From assembly GCA_049968235.1 (NCBI GenBank), contig JBMFRC010000001.1, positions 30,243-94,242 of the forward strand: 64,000 bases of DNA. The letters run 5' to 3'. This document shows, in pieces, positions 1 to 11,800 of the stretch (the stretch's first letter is position 1; each line of letters starts with the position of its first letter). The DNA comes from Candidatus Hydrogenedens sp. GTDB taxonomy: Bacteria; Hydrogenedentota; Hydrogenedentia; Hydrogenedentales; Hydrogenedentaceae. A model generated the notes under the pieces. That model was not told the DNA's origin and did no database searches. It worked only from the letters and a program-made list of their open reading frames with translations. The position numbers and the translations under genes were made by a program.

Positions 1-3000
1 TTGCCAATTGAATGTATCCAATCGGTTATTATGAACGATAAATGTAATGGAATTGTTCCCTACGGGAATGTCCAATCGTGTTGGAACTATAAATTTTCCG
101 GGAATGTTCTTATCGTTTGGAGCAGGGTCCTGGAAATCAGTAATACCATCTTTATCGTTATCCCAGGCACCTGTACTTTCTGGGTCAAAGGTTAATCCTG
201 CAAGTCCTGCGATTGTTGTAGATGGTCCAGCGACTTTTGCCGATATAGTAATGGGGAGGAAGCCATCAATATAAGTAGGGCCACCGGGATAAAGGAAATA
301 CTTGGTGCGTGAAGATTGCCCTATACTTCCGATGTATACCAGAGATTCGTTATCAACACGCATGGCAAGATTTAAGACAGGGTCTGTATCTCCAAAAGAT
401 TGCACATACGCATCCAAACCTGTGATTGTAATTTTAAATAGATTCCCGAAGGCACCATATTTGAATGCTTTATCTTCAGAATTTAATAGAAGGTATACAC
501 CATCACCTTCATTAATAAATCGCCAACCATCGTTGGTAGTGATAAGCCCATCTCCGGCTAATTCAACCTTCATATTTATATTGGCAAGGAGTAAGTTCCA
601 TTGTTCCGCTGTTACATTGTTCGGTTTTTGTAAGAAATAGCGTGTTCTGAGGAAATAGACATCTCTTGGAATGTAATCTGCACGGACAAATACTTCTGCC
701 TGCCAGGTTCTTTGAGTTGAATTGTTGGGGTCATTCCCGTAGAACAAACCCGAAGTAACTAAAGATAATTGACCTGCACGGACATCGCCAATATAAGCAA
801 ATGCATCTTCTTCAAAAATACCTGTCAGGGAAGGTAAATTATTGCCGGGCTGATATTCAAATCGGATGGTATACTTAAAATCTTGTTGTTTAGGTGTGAT
901 ATAGGTTAAAACAAGTTGATTTTTTAATTCCTCCCAGACACGACCTGCTGAGTCTTCTAATGCTAATGTTATATTTTCCCATGCTCCTGCGGTGGTTACG
1001 CCTTGTAATTTTATAATTCCATTTCCATCATTAGAAGTAATTGAAATTTGTTGATTTAGAACCACACCTGTAGTTGCAAGAGCAGGATTAGTTCTTATTG
1101 TAACTTTTGTAGAGCCACTGGCAGATATCGTGCCCTGAACAGGTTCTATATTGGTTATCCATGCCGGCAAATTACGGGTATCTGCCTGCCAGCCTAAATT
1201 GTCTTTCCCTTCATTATAAATAAAGAAGGTCAAATCATTGGGTTGATTATTCATATCGGGACGAAGTACACAGGATTTTTGCCCACCTAACAGTTGAAGC
1301 AAACCATTTACATCATTGGCAATATATAAATGTCCACCAGTCTCTTTAGCAAGGGGTATTAAATCTGCAGTATTCACAGAACCCCCAGAAGCAAATCCCA
1401 GAGGATACAAACGAATTAGATTATCGTGTGCTTTTTCTTTGATTTCACTTGCATCAATAGTAGATGCATTATCCCATCCGTCTGAAATAAATATAATGGA
1501 TTTTACATCTGCATCATCAAAAGGTAGTGGGTTCTTCAAATCTTCGGCAATTAGCCTATCCACAGCCTCTGAAAGTGCATCATAAATATCCGAAGCACCC
1601 ATTAAGTTGGGGGGAACATAGAAAGTTTCTAATGATTCTTTTAGTAATTCCTTATCCGTTGTAAAAGAACGGATTAATCGCCTTGTTTGCTGGCGGTCAT
1701 TATGGAACATCAACGCAATTTGATAGGAAGCGGGTAGGTCGTAAATAAAATCAACAACTGCCTTTTTCACTTTTTCTATTGCTTCTCCGGGCAACATGGG
1801 ATTATCTTTATTATCCACACCTGCATAATACATACTGCCCGTATAATCTAATAGAATAATCATATTCCCTTTGATATTTTCCGGTCCAGTAAGGAAATAA
1901 TTTGTTTCCCTTAAATCTAAGGGAACGCTGTCTTCGGATATGGTAAGACTAATTTTGGAACGGTCTACAGGTGTAATTGTTGGGATGGCTCGTGAAGATG
2001 AATCACGTAATAAGAATACATATCGCATTACATAAGGCGGTCTACTACGATTCAAGGCTCCTTCGATTCGCAAGGGTTGTTTTTCGACACGCACTTTTAT
2101 GGTTTTGGATTCAACACCATTTAATGGAGTTGCTTCATTAGGGAATATAATAGGATTACGGTCCATTGCTTCTATTGTTATTGTGCGATATTCTATATCT
2201 TCTTGAAGATTATCCCGATTAATGGTAACTAAAATTTGCACACCGTCAATTAATAGATTTAATTCGCTGGGATGATAGAAATCTTCAGGATTACCATCTT
2301 CACCATTGGCTCCTCCGACAACAGGTCGAACATCGGCAATTACAGGATTGGCTTTTCCTTCATCTTCATGCGTAATACGGAAATACAATTTTGAATCTCG
2401 TGGTCCAACATTAGCAATCCAAAATTCCTTTTGAACATCTTCCTGTCCAAAATCCAATACATCCAAAGGGATTATTTCCGGACGTGCAGTTGTTTCCTGA
2501 GGTGGCTCCGAAATGGCTATTTCGGGGAGGCTTATCTGTTCAATTTTAATTGGGATAATTAACAAACAACTTCGTGTATCTATAATAATGGAATATTGTC
2601 CTGCTCCCAAAGTAATCTCTTTGGGCTTGGTAACAGTTACAGAAATCTCGACTTTGTCATTTGGATTTACTATTCCTGCAGAAGGAGTAGCGGAAATACT
2701 ATTGATAGCGATACCTGTAGGTCCGACTACCTGAAGATTCCATTGGGCTTGTGTGCTACTGCTGTTTGTTAATGTCAGTTTGGACACGGGTAAATTCGTT
2801 GTGGTACTGTCGGATGTCAATGATTCTTTTGTTACAGACAGAACCAATTGGGCAGGTTCTGCAGTAAAACTAGTTTCAGGACATATCTTTGCAAAACGAA
2901 ATTCAACCAATTGAATACCTAAGGAGGATTCAAAAAACAAACCAAAATCTGTCGACACAGTTTCATCCCAACGGACTGTAACAGGGGTACTCCCTCCTGC

Positions 3001-3606
3001 GGGTAAAGTCCCTAAATTAGGAGATACAGAAATATCTGCGGGAATATTGGTTCGCACGGAAGAATTATTTAAATCAGGGACATATTTAACTGACCAGTTA
3101 AAACTCTCAGTACCTACATTTTGAACGGTTACAGTAGTTTCAGTTACATCTGGACGGATAGTAAATACCTGAGGGGTTACAGATAAAGCACTGCTAACTT
3201 CCATCGAAACAGTTACAACCTGAGTTTTTCCCGAGACACGAAACTGAAGCCCTACATCTTTATATTCACCGGAAGATAAACCGTTTCTTGAGACTTTTGC
3301 ATGAATTAACTGAGATGTAGATGTTTGCCCGGATGTTGGTTCCGCAGTTAACCACGGGATATCTTGTTCTACCCATTGTTTTTGACTTGCATTCCAGACG
3401 ACTTCAGTTAAAGACCATTTTATACCCAAACTACTTAATGACCTTATATACAAGGATTTTTCGATTGCTTTATCTCCAAAGGACAAAGCCTGTGGAGACA
3501 CTTCAAATCCTGTTGTAAATGGACAACCACTTGCAAGAACAAGGATGAATATTAGCAATCCGAGATGAAGTAAAAAAGTAATAGATGGATATTTCCGTTT
3601 ATTCAT
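1..3606 (-). CDS. Partial (5' complete, runs off window) giant secreted lipoprotein with VWA domain, Ig/CARDB-like repeats and thrombospondin type-3-like Ca-binding repeats
   Basis: Reverse-strand translation from ATG at 3604-3606 (RBS GAAGGAG 6 nt upstream) is open to position 1. N-terminus MNKRKYPSITFLLHLGLLIFILVLASGC is a signal peptide with a lipobox. DYTGSMYY plus DGWDNAS...LYPLGFASGGSV reads as a MIDAS-type VWA domain, and DNDKDGITDFQDPAPNDKN is a TSP3-like repeat. Absent from the ORF track because there is no stop inside the window. Confidence 0.7.
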   Translation of the reverse strand, partial: MNKRKYPSITFLLHLGLLIFILVLASGCPFTTGFEVSPQALSFGDKAIEKSLYIRSLSSLGIKWSLTEVVWNASQKQWVEQDIPWLTAEPTSGQTSTSQLIHAKVSRNGLSSGEYKDVGLQFRVSGKTQVVTVSMEVSSALSVTPQVFTIRPDVTETTVTVQNVGTESFNWSVKYVPDLNNSSVRTNIPADISVSPNLGTLPAGGSTPVTVRWDETVSTDFGLFFESSLGIQLVEFRFAKICPETSFTAEPAQLVLSVTKESLTSDSTTTNLPVSKLTLTNSSSTQAQWNLQVVGPTGIAINSISATPSAGIVNPNDKVEISVTVTKPKEITLGAGQYSIIIDTRSCLLIIPIKIEQISLPEIAISEPPQETTARPEIIPLDVLDFGQEDVQKEFWIANVGPRDSKLYFRITHEDEGKANPVIADVRPVVGGANGEDGNPEDFYHPSELNLLIDGVQILVTINRDNLQEDIEYRTITIEAMDRNPIIFPNEATPLNGVESKTIKVRVEKQPLRIEGALNRSRPPYVMRYVFLLRDSSSRAIPTITPVDRSKISLTISEDSVPLDLRETNYFLTGPENIKGNMIILLDYTGSMYYAGVDNKDNPMLPGEAIEKVKKAVVDFIYDLPASYQIALMFHNDRQQTRRLIRSFTTDKELLKESLETFYVPPNLMGASDIYDALSEAVDRLIAEDLKNPLPFDDADVKSIIFISDGWDNASTIDASEIKEKAHDNLIRLYPLGFASGGSVNTADLIPLAKETGGHLYIANDVNGLLQLLGGQKSCVLRPDMNNQPNDLTFFIYNEGKDNLGWQADTRNLPAWITNIEPVQGTISASGSTKVTIRTNPALATTGVVLNQQISITSNDGNGIIKLQGVTTAGAWENITLALEDSAGRVWEELKNQLVLTYITPKQQDFKYTIRFEYQPGNNLPSLTGIFEEDAFAYIGDVRAGQLSLVTSGLFYGNDPNNSTQRTWQAEVFVRADYIPRDVYFLRTRYFLQKPNNVTAEQWNLLLANINMKVELAGDGLITTNDGWRFINEGDGVYLLLNSEDKAFKYGAFGNLFKITITGLDAYVQSFGDTDPVLNLAMRVDNESLVYIGSIGQSSRTKYFLYPGGPTYIDGFLPITISAKVAGPSTTIAGLAGLTFDPESTGAWDNDKDGITDFQDPAPNDKNIPGKFIVPTRLDIPVGNNSITFIVHNNRLDTFNWQ

Positions 3607-3670
3607 AGGGGCTCCTTCCAAATTATTGCCCTTCTATATTCAATTTGATACATATATAAAACAAATGATT

Positions 3671-4270
3671 TTATTGTTTTGTTTTTTCAGCAAAGACCAC
3701 ATTAACCCCTGCATTTACAAGCGTTTGATAAACTGGTTCAAAATCCTTATAAAAACTACCATCATCTTTTACTGTCCATTCAGGACTTAATGTTACGGTA
3801 TCACCGGGACCCAAACCGCCGGCATTCACATTGGCTATTAATGGTGTCCAATCTCGAATATCATTGTCCGGACCGGATATATCCAGATATTCCAGATATT
3901 GCATTCCTGCAATAGGTGTTATGTCTGTAATATAATTATTCCCTAAATCCAACCAGACCAAATTTTTTAAATCGCGTAAAGGGGAGATGCTTATAATATT
4001 ATTATCTCTTAAGTCTAATTTAACCAGAGAGGTGCAATACTCAAGCCCTCGTAAATCTGTAATACCCATACCCCGGGCTGTTAATTCCGTTATAGAATCC
4101 AATTCACCCGTACAGAGAATAAAGAAGGGTTTACCGATTGCACTACGAATGGCAGTTTCCAATGCCCTATCCGGGAACATAATTGATGAGCCCTGTAAGA
4201 AACAACACCCCGAAATTGAACTTATCAGGACACAAATACCTATTAAGTTGAATATTATTTTCATTCTCAT
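3671..4270 (-). CDS. Leucine-rich-repeat (internalin-like) lipoprotein
   Basis: Signal peptide plus ISGC lipobox. Repeated LxxLxLxxNxIxDIxPL units (LVKLDLRDNNIISISPL, LVWLDLGNNYITDITPI). Confidence 0.6.
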   Translation of the reverse strand: MRMKIIFNLIGICVLISSISGCCFLQGSSIMFPDRALETAIRSAIGKPFFILCTGELDSITELTARGMGITDLRGLEYCTSLVKLDLRDNNIISISPLRDLKNLVWLDLGNNYITDITPIAGMQYLEYLDISGPDNDIRDWTPLIANVNAGGLGPGDTVTLSPEWTVKDDGSFYKDFEPVYQTLVNAGVNVVFAEKTKQ

Positions 4271-4849
4271 AGTTTAAACCTCTCACATATAAAGGGTTTT
4301 TGTAATGTAAAAATGTTTATATTTACATTTAAGTGTTACTACCTGTGTTTGTGGTATTAATATGGCATTTATCTTCGATAAACAGGAAAAATGGGCTTTC
4401 TCCACCCATGAATGTTAAAAGTTTATTAATTAAGAAAGCAATAAAACATAAATCATCTGACCAACTCGCATACACTGGATGCTTGCTTGAAATCATTCGC
4501 ACATGTTTCACCGTAGTTTCTCCTTTATTAAATTGTTTCATTATATTAAAATCTTAATATTTAATATACAATCATACATTACAGTTTATCACAAATCACA
4601 CCATTTGTCAATAATTTCTTGGAAAATTTTACAAAACACAAACTTTTTATAATTCTACATCACTTCATCCCAATAATGTCAAGAATTTTTTGAAAAAAAA
4701 TAATTATTTTCTAATAATATTACACGGGGATTTCAAAAATTACCACAATATTTATTTCGAACACTTTTAATCAAAAAATTAAAGAAATAAAAATTGTTAT
4801 TTTATTTTGATATTGAAATAGATATGATGTTCAAAGAAGGAATCTTTTG

Positions 4850-5437
4850 TTATTTTTCTTTTCTTTTTATCATTGAGGTTTTTCTACAGCGGTTCATCCG
4901 ATTTTGCCAATCACCTGTCCAACCTTCCTCGATGGCTTGCTGACATAAAGAGATACATTCTTCATATTGTCCCTGTCGTTCTCGGATATCCGACAAGGTA
5001 TCATATCCCAAATGTGCCGGTAGAGGTATGCCGGGCATTGTTTGTTGGATATGTTCTTTTACTTCTTTTGACAAATCTATTTGTTTTTTTGAGGTAATTA
5101 TTAGCAGTGCTGTCTTCGTATCGTTATCTTTTATATCTTCTTCAATATATCTGGATATTAATTCTTCCAAAGCATAAAAACAGTCCAGGACATCTTCTAC
5201 TTCCATTTCTTCGAGGTCTTTTTCCATCTTTTTTAACAATGAGTCTGATTGTTCTAAATCAGGACGATATGCCAGTTTACTTTTGTTAACAACGATATCT
5301 TCATTTTTCTCTACAGGCTCAATAATTGTTACCATAAAAAGACGCTGGCAGTTAGGGCATAAAACTTTTTGCCCTATGATTGATGTCGGTAATAAAACCT
5401 CTTTAGAACAATAGGGACAGGTAACGATAAATTTCAT
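4850..5437 (-). CDS. Zinc-ribbon protein (CxxC...CxxC N-terminus) of unknown function, translationally coupled to addA
   Basis: CPYCSK...CPNCQ motif at the N-terminus and an acidic helical C-terminal part. The ATG overlaps the addA stop (ATGA). Confidence 0.5.
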   Translation of the reverse strand: MKFIVTCPYCSKEVLLPTSIIGQKVLCPNCQRLFMVTIIEPVEKNEDIVVNKSKLAYRPDLEQSDSLLKKMEKDLEEMEVEDVLDCFYALEELISRYIEEDIKDNDTKTALLIITSKKQIDLSKEVKEHIQQTMPGIPLPAHLGYDTLSDIRERQGQYEECISLCQQAIEEGWTGDWQNRMNRCRKTSMIKRKEK

Positions 5438-8400
5438 TTCTCATAGCCCTGATTTATCTTTGTTATATATTTTTCAATGGCATGATGTATTTCTGTCTCT
5501 AAAACATCACGGACAGAAACCTCTATATCTTTTATATCATATTTTAATTGGTCAATGTATACTATAATTAATTTATTATTGACTTTTATTCCCAGATCTT
5601 TCATTGCATAATAATAAATCTCTAATTGTTTCCAGTATCGTTGAGCATGATTATCAGCATGGGTTCCTGTCTTATAATCAATAATAGTTCCATCGGCAAG
5701 TATTGCATCTACAGTTCCTTGAACAAAATAACCTCCTGTTTTCCAGATAAAAGGGGTTTCCCGCCAGATAGGCGGATTTGCTTTTAAGATAGGATATATA
5801 GGATTGTTTATTATTTTACTAAAACACACATCTTTTTCGTTTTTGATTATATCTTCTAAAATATCCGGGCTAATTATATTCAGAATATATTTTGATAATT
5901 GCTCTATGTTTTCTTCGTAAAAATCCCATAGTTGCAATAACTGATGGTAAAATATACCGCGTTCGGCATGCTCCATACCTAACGATTGTTCATATATTTC
6001 ATCATTATCTTCATCATAAATATCATCAAAAAGGAAATTCAGTATTTGTGTTACTGAAATAGGTTCTGTTTTAAAATGTTGGGGTGTAATCGATATAGGT
6101 GGAACTAAATTATATTGCAAAGACTTTATTTCTCTTTTTAAATCTTTTTTCTTAGGCGAATAATTACTTTCTTCCCTTTCTATAATATAATACAAACCTG
6201 TATCCTTTTTTTTATTAAGGGGAAAGCAACTTGCCAGTAATGATAGGCGGGAATTTATTTTTTGTTTTTTATAAAATTCTTCGAGATATTTTTTATTTGA
6301 AGATAGGATTAAGTAATCGCGGGCACGAGTTAAAGCCACATAAAATAAACGGATATATTCCTGATACTCATCATAGGTATTTTGTAACTTTATAATAGTC
6401 TCCACAATATTATTTTTTTCATCTTCTTTTTTCTTTGTTTTAATAATTACGCCCATTTCTTTATGATAATGAACGGCGGTTGATTTTCTGTGTTGCCTTT
6501 CTTCGTAGAGCAAAGGCAAAACAACGATGGGATATTCCAGACCTTTTGCCTGATGTATTGTGGTTAGAATAACAGCATCTCCTGCTTCTGTTGCAAGGTC
6601 TGCCTCTCCTTCCATTATTTTATCGCGGGAGCGTTCTACAAACCTATGGAACTGGTATAAACTTACGGGATTGCTTTCTTGATAAGCACGGGCTAATGCT
6701 AAAAATTTTTGGAGGTTAGCAATTCGCTGTTCTCCAAACCAATGCCCTAACAAAATGGATTCGTAACCTGTTTGAAGAACAATTTCTTGAATAAGTTCGT
6801 GGATGGGAAGATGCGTTTTTTTCCGGAAATATTGATATAAGTAACGAACTCTTACATAAGCACTGTCTTGTGTCAGAGCATCCGGAATATTATTCGTATT
6901 TAATAACATATTTCGAAGAGGTAAGTTCATCTGCCAGCGAGTAATCTGTTCATCGGAAAGTCCGCAGAAAGGTCCCCGTAAGAAAGAAAGCAGGGCTATA
7001 TCATGATATGGATTTATTAATACCTGAAGGAAATTTAATATGTCTTTTATTTCTGTAATTTCAAAAAATCCCCGACTGCTAACGACAAAACAGGGTATGC
7101 CTCTGTCTTTTAACGCCTTTTCATATTTATAAATGTAATTTTTCGTGCAAAATAATAAAGCGAAATCACCATAACATACAGGGCGTAATTTATGCGTCTT
7201 TTCATCTACAATCATTAAAGGGTTTTCGTTATGAACTAAGGATTGAATACGCTCTGCAATAATTTTAGCCTCAATATCAACATCATCTTCTTTTAATGTT
7301 CTTTTATCATCTTCCGAATGGACAGAAAGTAAAAATTCCACACGAGGTTTAGCATAAGAACTTCGATGTGCTTGCATGGGGATATATGTTTTTTCAACCG
7401 CAGACAGGGAATTTGTTTTCTGGAAAAAGGTATTGACAAAATCTAATACTTCCGGAGCAGACCTAAAATTGTAGTTCAGTGAAAATAGATTATTATCGAC
7501 AACTGATTGTCGCTGTTCTTGAAAAACTTTTACTTCTGCATTTCGAAATGCATAAATGGATTGCTTTGCATCACCTACGAAGAAAAAGGAGAGATTGGGA
7601 TTTGCCGATAACAACAATTGAATTAATTGCACCTGTGTATGGTCTGTATCCTGAAATTCGTCAATGAAAATATACTTTATTCCCTCAGCAATTTCTTTAC
7701 ATACTTGTGTATGTCTATTCAATAAATCATAGGTTAAATGTATCAAATCATCAAAGTCCACCACACCTTGCTGGCGTTTATATTGAACCCATTGACGATA
7801 GAACTGGTCAAATAAACGAAGTATTCTATATGTAAAAGTCAACGCTTTTTGTGTGGTTTCATCTTCCGCTTTTAAGTCAACAATCTCTATTCCTATTGTT
7901 TTTTTTATATCCTCACGAATTTTCTTTAATTGTTCCTGCAATTCACCACATATATTTCTATTCTTTATTATCAATCTTGTTTTATTTCCCAATATTGCTT
8001 CTTTAATTTGAATAATATGTTCCCGTTGTTTCGCAGTTTGCAATTTTCTCAATTCTGAGATATAAAAACTACTGAGAGTCTTCATGTTTTTTTCGTCTTC
8101 CGGAATTTCTTTATACAATTCCTCTAATTGTGTTATCCATCCATTTACCGTTGTTGATTTCACAAAATTTAACAAATATTGCTCATATTTTTCATTTATT
8201 CGTTCAATATTTCTATTGATAGATTCTTCAATAGAACATTGATTTACTTCATCCAGCCATGGAAGGATATGTAGGGAATTTTGAAAAAGTATTTCTATAA
8301 TTTTTTGAAAATTTTGTGGTGAAAGTTCTATAACTAGTTCCGGAACTTCCGTATAATTTTCTACCCACAAATTCATCTGACTTTGAATAAACCTATCGAG

Positions 8401-8853
8401 GAATAGTGGGCTTTGAAGTTCGTCCAGAATACGAAATTCCGGGTCGAAATCTAATTTCAGGGCATATTGCCGAAGTATACCGGCGCAGAAAGCGTGTATG
8501 GTGCATATTCGTGCAGATTCTAATTGTTGTTCGCACCACCTCCATTGGTCTAACTCTTCCGGTGTTGCATTACGGACATATTCATGGAAAGCATCACGCA
8601 GGCGTTGTCTCATTTCTGCAGAAGATTTTTCAGTAAATGTAATTGCTACAATTTCATTTAAATTGGCTTTTCTCTCTTCTAACAATCGTAATATTCTGGC
8701 TATTAAAACACGGGTTTTTCCGGAACCAGCAGAAGCATCAACACCTATTTTTAGTGCATCAGAATAGATAGCCTTTTTTTGTTCCGCTGTTAATTCTGTA
8801 AAGTAACTATGCTGTTTTAGCTTCGCCACTTTCCTCATCTTCCGATATTCCAC
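5434..8853 (-). CDS. addA: ATP-dependent helicase/nuclease subunit A (AddA/RexA-like UvrD-family helicase with C-terminal RecB-type nuclease)
   Basis: Walker A GSGKTRVL near the N-terminus, UvrD/PcrA helicase motifs, and a C-terminal PD-(D/E)xK region (...VDAILADGTIIDYKTG). Confidence 0.8.
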   Translation of the reverse strand: MEYRKMRKVAKLKQHSYFTELTAEQKKAIYSDALKIGVDASAGSGKTRVLIARILRLLEERKANLNEIVAITFTEKSSAEMRQRLRDAFHEYVRNATPEELDQWRWCEQQLESARICTIHAFCAGILRQYALKLDFDPEFRILDELQSPLFLDRFIQSQMNLWVENYTEVPELVIELSPQNFQKIIEILFQNSLHILPWLDEVNQCSIEESINRNIERINEKYEQYLLNFVKSTTVNGWITQLEELYKEIPEDEKNMKTLSSFYISELRKLQTAKQREHIIQIKEAILGNKTRLIIKNRNICGELQEQLKKIREDIKKTIGIEIVDLKAEDETTQKALTFTYRILRLFDQFYRQWVQYKRQQGVVDFDDLIHLTYDLLNRHTQVCKEIAEGIKYIFIDEFQDTDHTQVQLIQLLLSANPNLSFFFVGDAKQSIYAFRNAEVKVFQEQRQSVVDNNLFSLNYNFRSAPEVLDFVNTFFQKTNSLSAVEKTYIPMQAHRSSYAKPRVEFLLSVHSEDDKRTLKEDDVDIEAKIIAERIQSLVHNENPLMIVDEKTHKLRPVCYGDFALLFCTKNYIYKYEKALKDRGIPCFVVSSRGFFEITEIKDILNFLQVLINPYHDIALLSFLRGPFCGLSDEQITRWQMNLPLRNMLLNTNNIPDALTQDSAYVRVRYLYQYFRKKTHLPIHELIQEIVLQTGYESILLGHWFGEQRIANLQKFLALARAYQESNPVSLYQFHRFVERSRDKIMEGEADLATEAGDAVILTTIHQAKGLEYPIVVLPLLYEERQHRKSTAVHYHKEMGVIIKTKKKEDEKNNIVETIIKLQNTYDEYQEYIRLFYVALTRARDYLILSSNKKYLEEFYKKQKINSRLSLLASCFPLNKKKDTGLYYIIEREESNYSPKKKDLKREIKSLQYNLVPPISITPQHFKTEPISVTQILNFLFDDIYDEDNDEIYEQSLGMEHAERGIFYHQLLQLWDFYEENIEQLSKYILNIISPDILEDIIKNEKDVCFSKIINNPIYPILKANPPIWRETPFIWKTGGYFVQGTVDAILADGTIIDYKTGTHADNHAQRYWKQLEIYYYAMKDLGIKVNNKLIIVYIDQLKYDIKDIEVSVRDVLETEIHHAIEKYITKINQGYEK

Positions 8854-11800
8854 TTTGTTCTACTTTCATGTATCGGCATGCAGTCTTGCAGAAGCAATAA
8901 TCACATGATTGCTTTTTGTAAGGGGCAGGGGTAAATTTTCCTTGATGTATATTCCCAATAGTATCTAATATAATTTTTACTGCTATATTCTCTATTTCAT
9001 TTCGCAAATTTTTATCCACTCCCCAGGGTGTACCTGTTTTTTTCTGTTCTGTTATTGATAGAAAATAGGACTCCTCAACGGATAGACCTTCTTTTTGAAA
9101 TAAATGTCTTTCGACAGCAAGTTCGTAAATAATCAGTTGAAAAGAGCAAAATCTTTCCTGCACATTATTAAATTTTATGCCCATATCCGTTTTTGTAGGG
9201 GTATTCCCCCATTTGTAGTCGATGACTCGTAATAATGGGTTACTTACATGTTTATCAATACGGTCAATCCGACCGGAAAACAAAACAGATTTCTTTTGTG
9301 TCTCCATACAATAAGGTTTATGTTGACTTCTTTCATCTTCCGATGGATACATGGTTCTGCCAAAAGCAAGTTCAAAATATGCAGGTTTCCAATCATTATC
9401 AATCAAAGAGGCAGATGAGTTGAGAAATTCGGCAAGCACATGGGTAAGCCATTCTATTGTTAAATCAATCCATTTTTTCGGTAAAACAAACGACTTTCGG
9501 TCTTTAGAAACAATCTCTTGTATTATCTGTTGTAGTTTTTCCTTTATTACCTGGCTTTTATCCCTTAACAGTTCTTCGTAATGGTCTTTTAATAATCGAA
9601 AAAGAGTATCATGTGCCCAGGAACCAATCATCAAAGGAGAAGGGTAGATAAGTTCTTCCTCCCAATCCTGTAAGGCTAATACCCTATGTGTCCAGAAACG
9701 GAAAGGGCACTCTATATACTCTTCAATCTGGTCAACACTGTAAACATGGTCATGCCCAAACTTATTTGTAAGCCATTGTCGTATATCCTCTGCATGTAAA
9801 TTCCCCGTATATATATTTTCATTCTCCTCTTCTCGTTTTTGTAATGAATACCAGCAGTTATAAATATCTGCATAGTGGTGTTTTAATACTTGTTCATCTT
9901 CCTGAATGTAGAAAAGCAGATTCCGTAATTCAGATGGGGAACAGGGAATAAACGGTTTTTTTTCTATTTCCTCCTGTTTTTGTGGGCTATTATGCACAAT
10001 GTATTGACATACCTCCTGACACTCGCGTAATAACAAACTGGAAGAACATTCCCTATGTGTTTCGGAATATAAAGCGTGGGAAAGGAAGACCCCTTTTCGG
10101 GTAGTTTCAAAGATTTGTTGGAAGAACAACCATTCCCTCTGTATTTGTTTTGTAATATCATCGATGGGTAGCCCTGATTGTCGCAGTTTCGTAATATCTT
10201 TATCGGAATATAAAACATTCTGTGTGGGTGTTAAAGGAATCGTTCCTTCTTCAACTCCACCTACAAAAAGATAATCATATTCCATATTTCGTATCATAGG
10301 CAGGTCTAAACACATCACACCACAATTATGTCCCATATCAAAAAAAGATGCATCCGACGATAAAGAGCGAATAAGCCTTTGAAATTCTTCCAGTGAAAGT
10401 TCCTGATTTTTAAGATAATCAGGAAGTTTTTTTATGACTGAAAGGAATTGTAAATAACCTTTTTTCTCTTTTTGCAATTTCCTTTTATTGTCCTCATTTA
10501 ATAAACAATCCTTCAACGCATTTTCCAATGAATGGAAAAGGTCAAGAAGAATAAAAATGTAGTTTGATATTTTGTCCTGCCTTTTAAATTTATTCCGCCA
10601 GAAAAGCCATCGCTTTAGTTCATCATAGAATTGTTGAATATCTACCTTAGAAATATTTTTGTTCTCTATCTCACTAGAATATTCAATGAAATGTTCTTTC
10701 TCCTCTATTTTTTTATTAACATAGTCAAGAGACATACTCATCGAAAGCCCTACTTGCGACAATAGCAAAAAGAATTTTTCACGAATGGATGGAGATATAT
10801 TCCAGAGCGGGTCATGCAATAGTAAAGTTATCGCAGAGAGAGAATTTTCGTTAAGTTGTGCAAACCATCGTTCTAAAAATTGACCGACCCATGTTTCTCT
10901 TAAACCCTGTGACGATAGTATCCGATAAGGAATACCATAATCCATAAATGTCTTCTCGATAAGTGGGCGGACTTTACCTAACTGGCGGTAAACAACGGCT
11001 ATTTTGTGTAGTGGGACATGTTCCTGAACTAATAATTGTTTTATTTTACGTCCGATATTTTTTATCTCCTCTTCCCTATTAATAAATCGTTCTACCTTAA
11101 TTATTGAATCAGTAGAAGGGGTAAATGTTTTAGGCTCATCGCGACCAAAAAGAGTATCCGCAATAAATTCAATAGAGGTTTGAGGTATGGGTGTTTCAAA
11201 ATAAATTGTCTTTGCATCTAATATAGATTGAACCCTTTTTAAGGCATCTTTCGCCAGACGATAAATATCCTGTCTGCCGGGTATCGGGTCGAGATTAATG
11301 CCGATAATGATGTGTTTGAAGTGGGGAGATAACGCATGGATAAGTCGCAGTTCCGATTGGGTAAAATCGTCAAAGCCATCAAATATTAAATATTCCTTTC
11401 CCGCAATATAATCCGGTTTCCCTTTATGGCATTCCAGTTCTGCCTGCCAAAATAATCCTGGAACATCATACCCATTACTTTGCATTAGTTTTTCCTGATA
11501 GGTTGTATATACCCACGATACCACTTCATCCCAGGGTTCTACGGATAATTTTTTTATTTGTTCTTGAAATGCCTCTGGCGTAATTCCTGCCTGTTTTAAG
11601 TTCCGTATGATACGATGGAAAGAATCGGATAAGTTGTCAGGGGCAAGCAATCCCTGATACTGCTCGAACTTTTTTCGTCCCTCTTCCGATAAAATAATAG
11701 ACCTTATTAATAGTGTCTGTTCCCATTCTTCAAGCAAATGGATGGGAATATACTGGGCTTTGAGTAAATTATAGGCAAATTGAGTAAAGTCGGTAACAAT

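Noticed and set aside
4329-4557. Overlapping 70/74-aa ORFs in the AT-rich 4270-4850 intergenic region
   Set aside because: No RBS and implausible composition. The region is more likely promoter DNA for the flanking operons.
8807-8853. 47-nt overlap between addB 3' end (TAG stop) and addA 5' end as a possible recoding site
   Set aside because: It is more simply explained by an addA start at the internal Met (MRKVAKL...) a few codons downstream.
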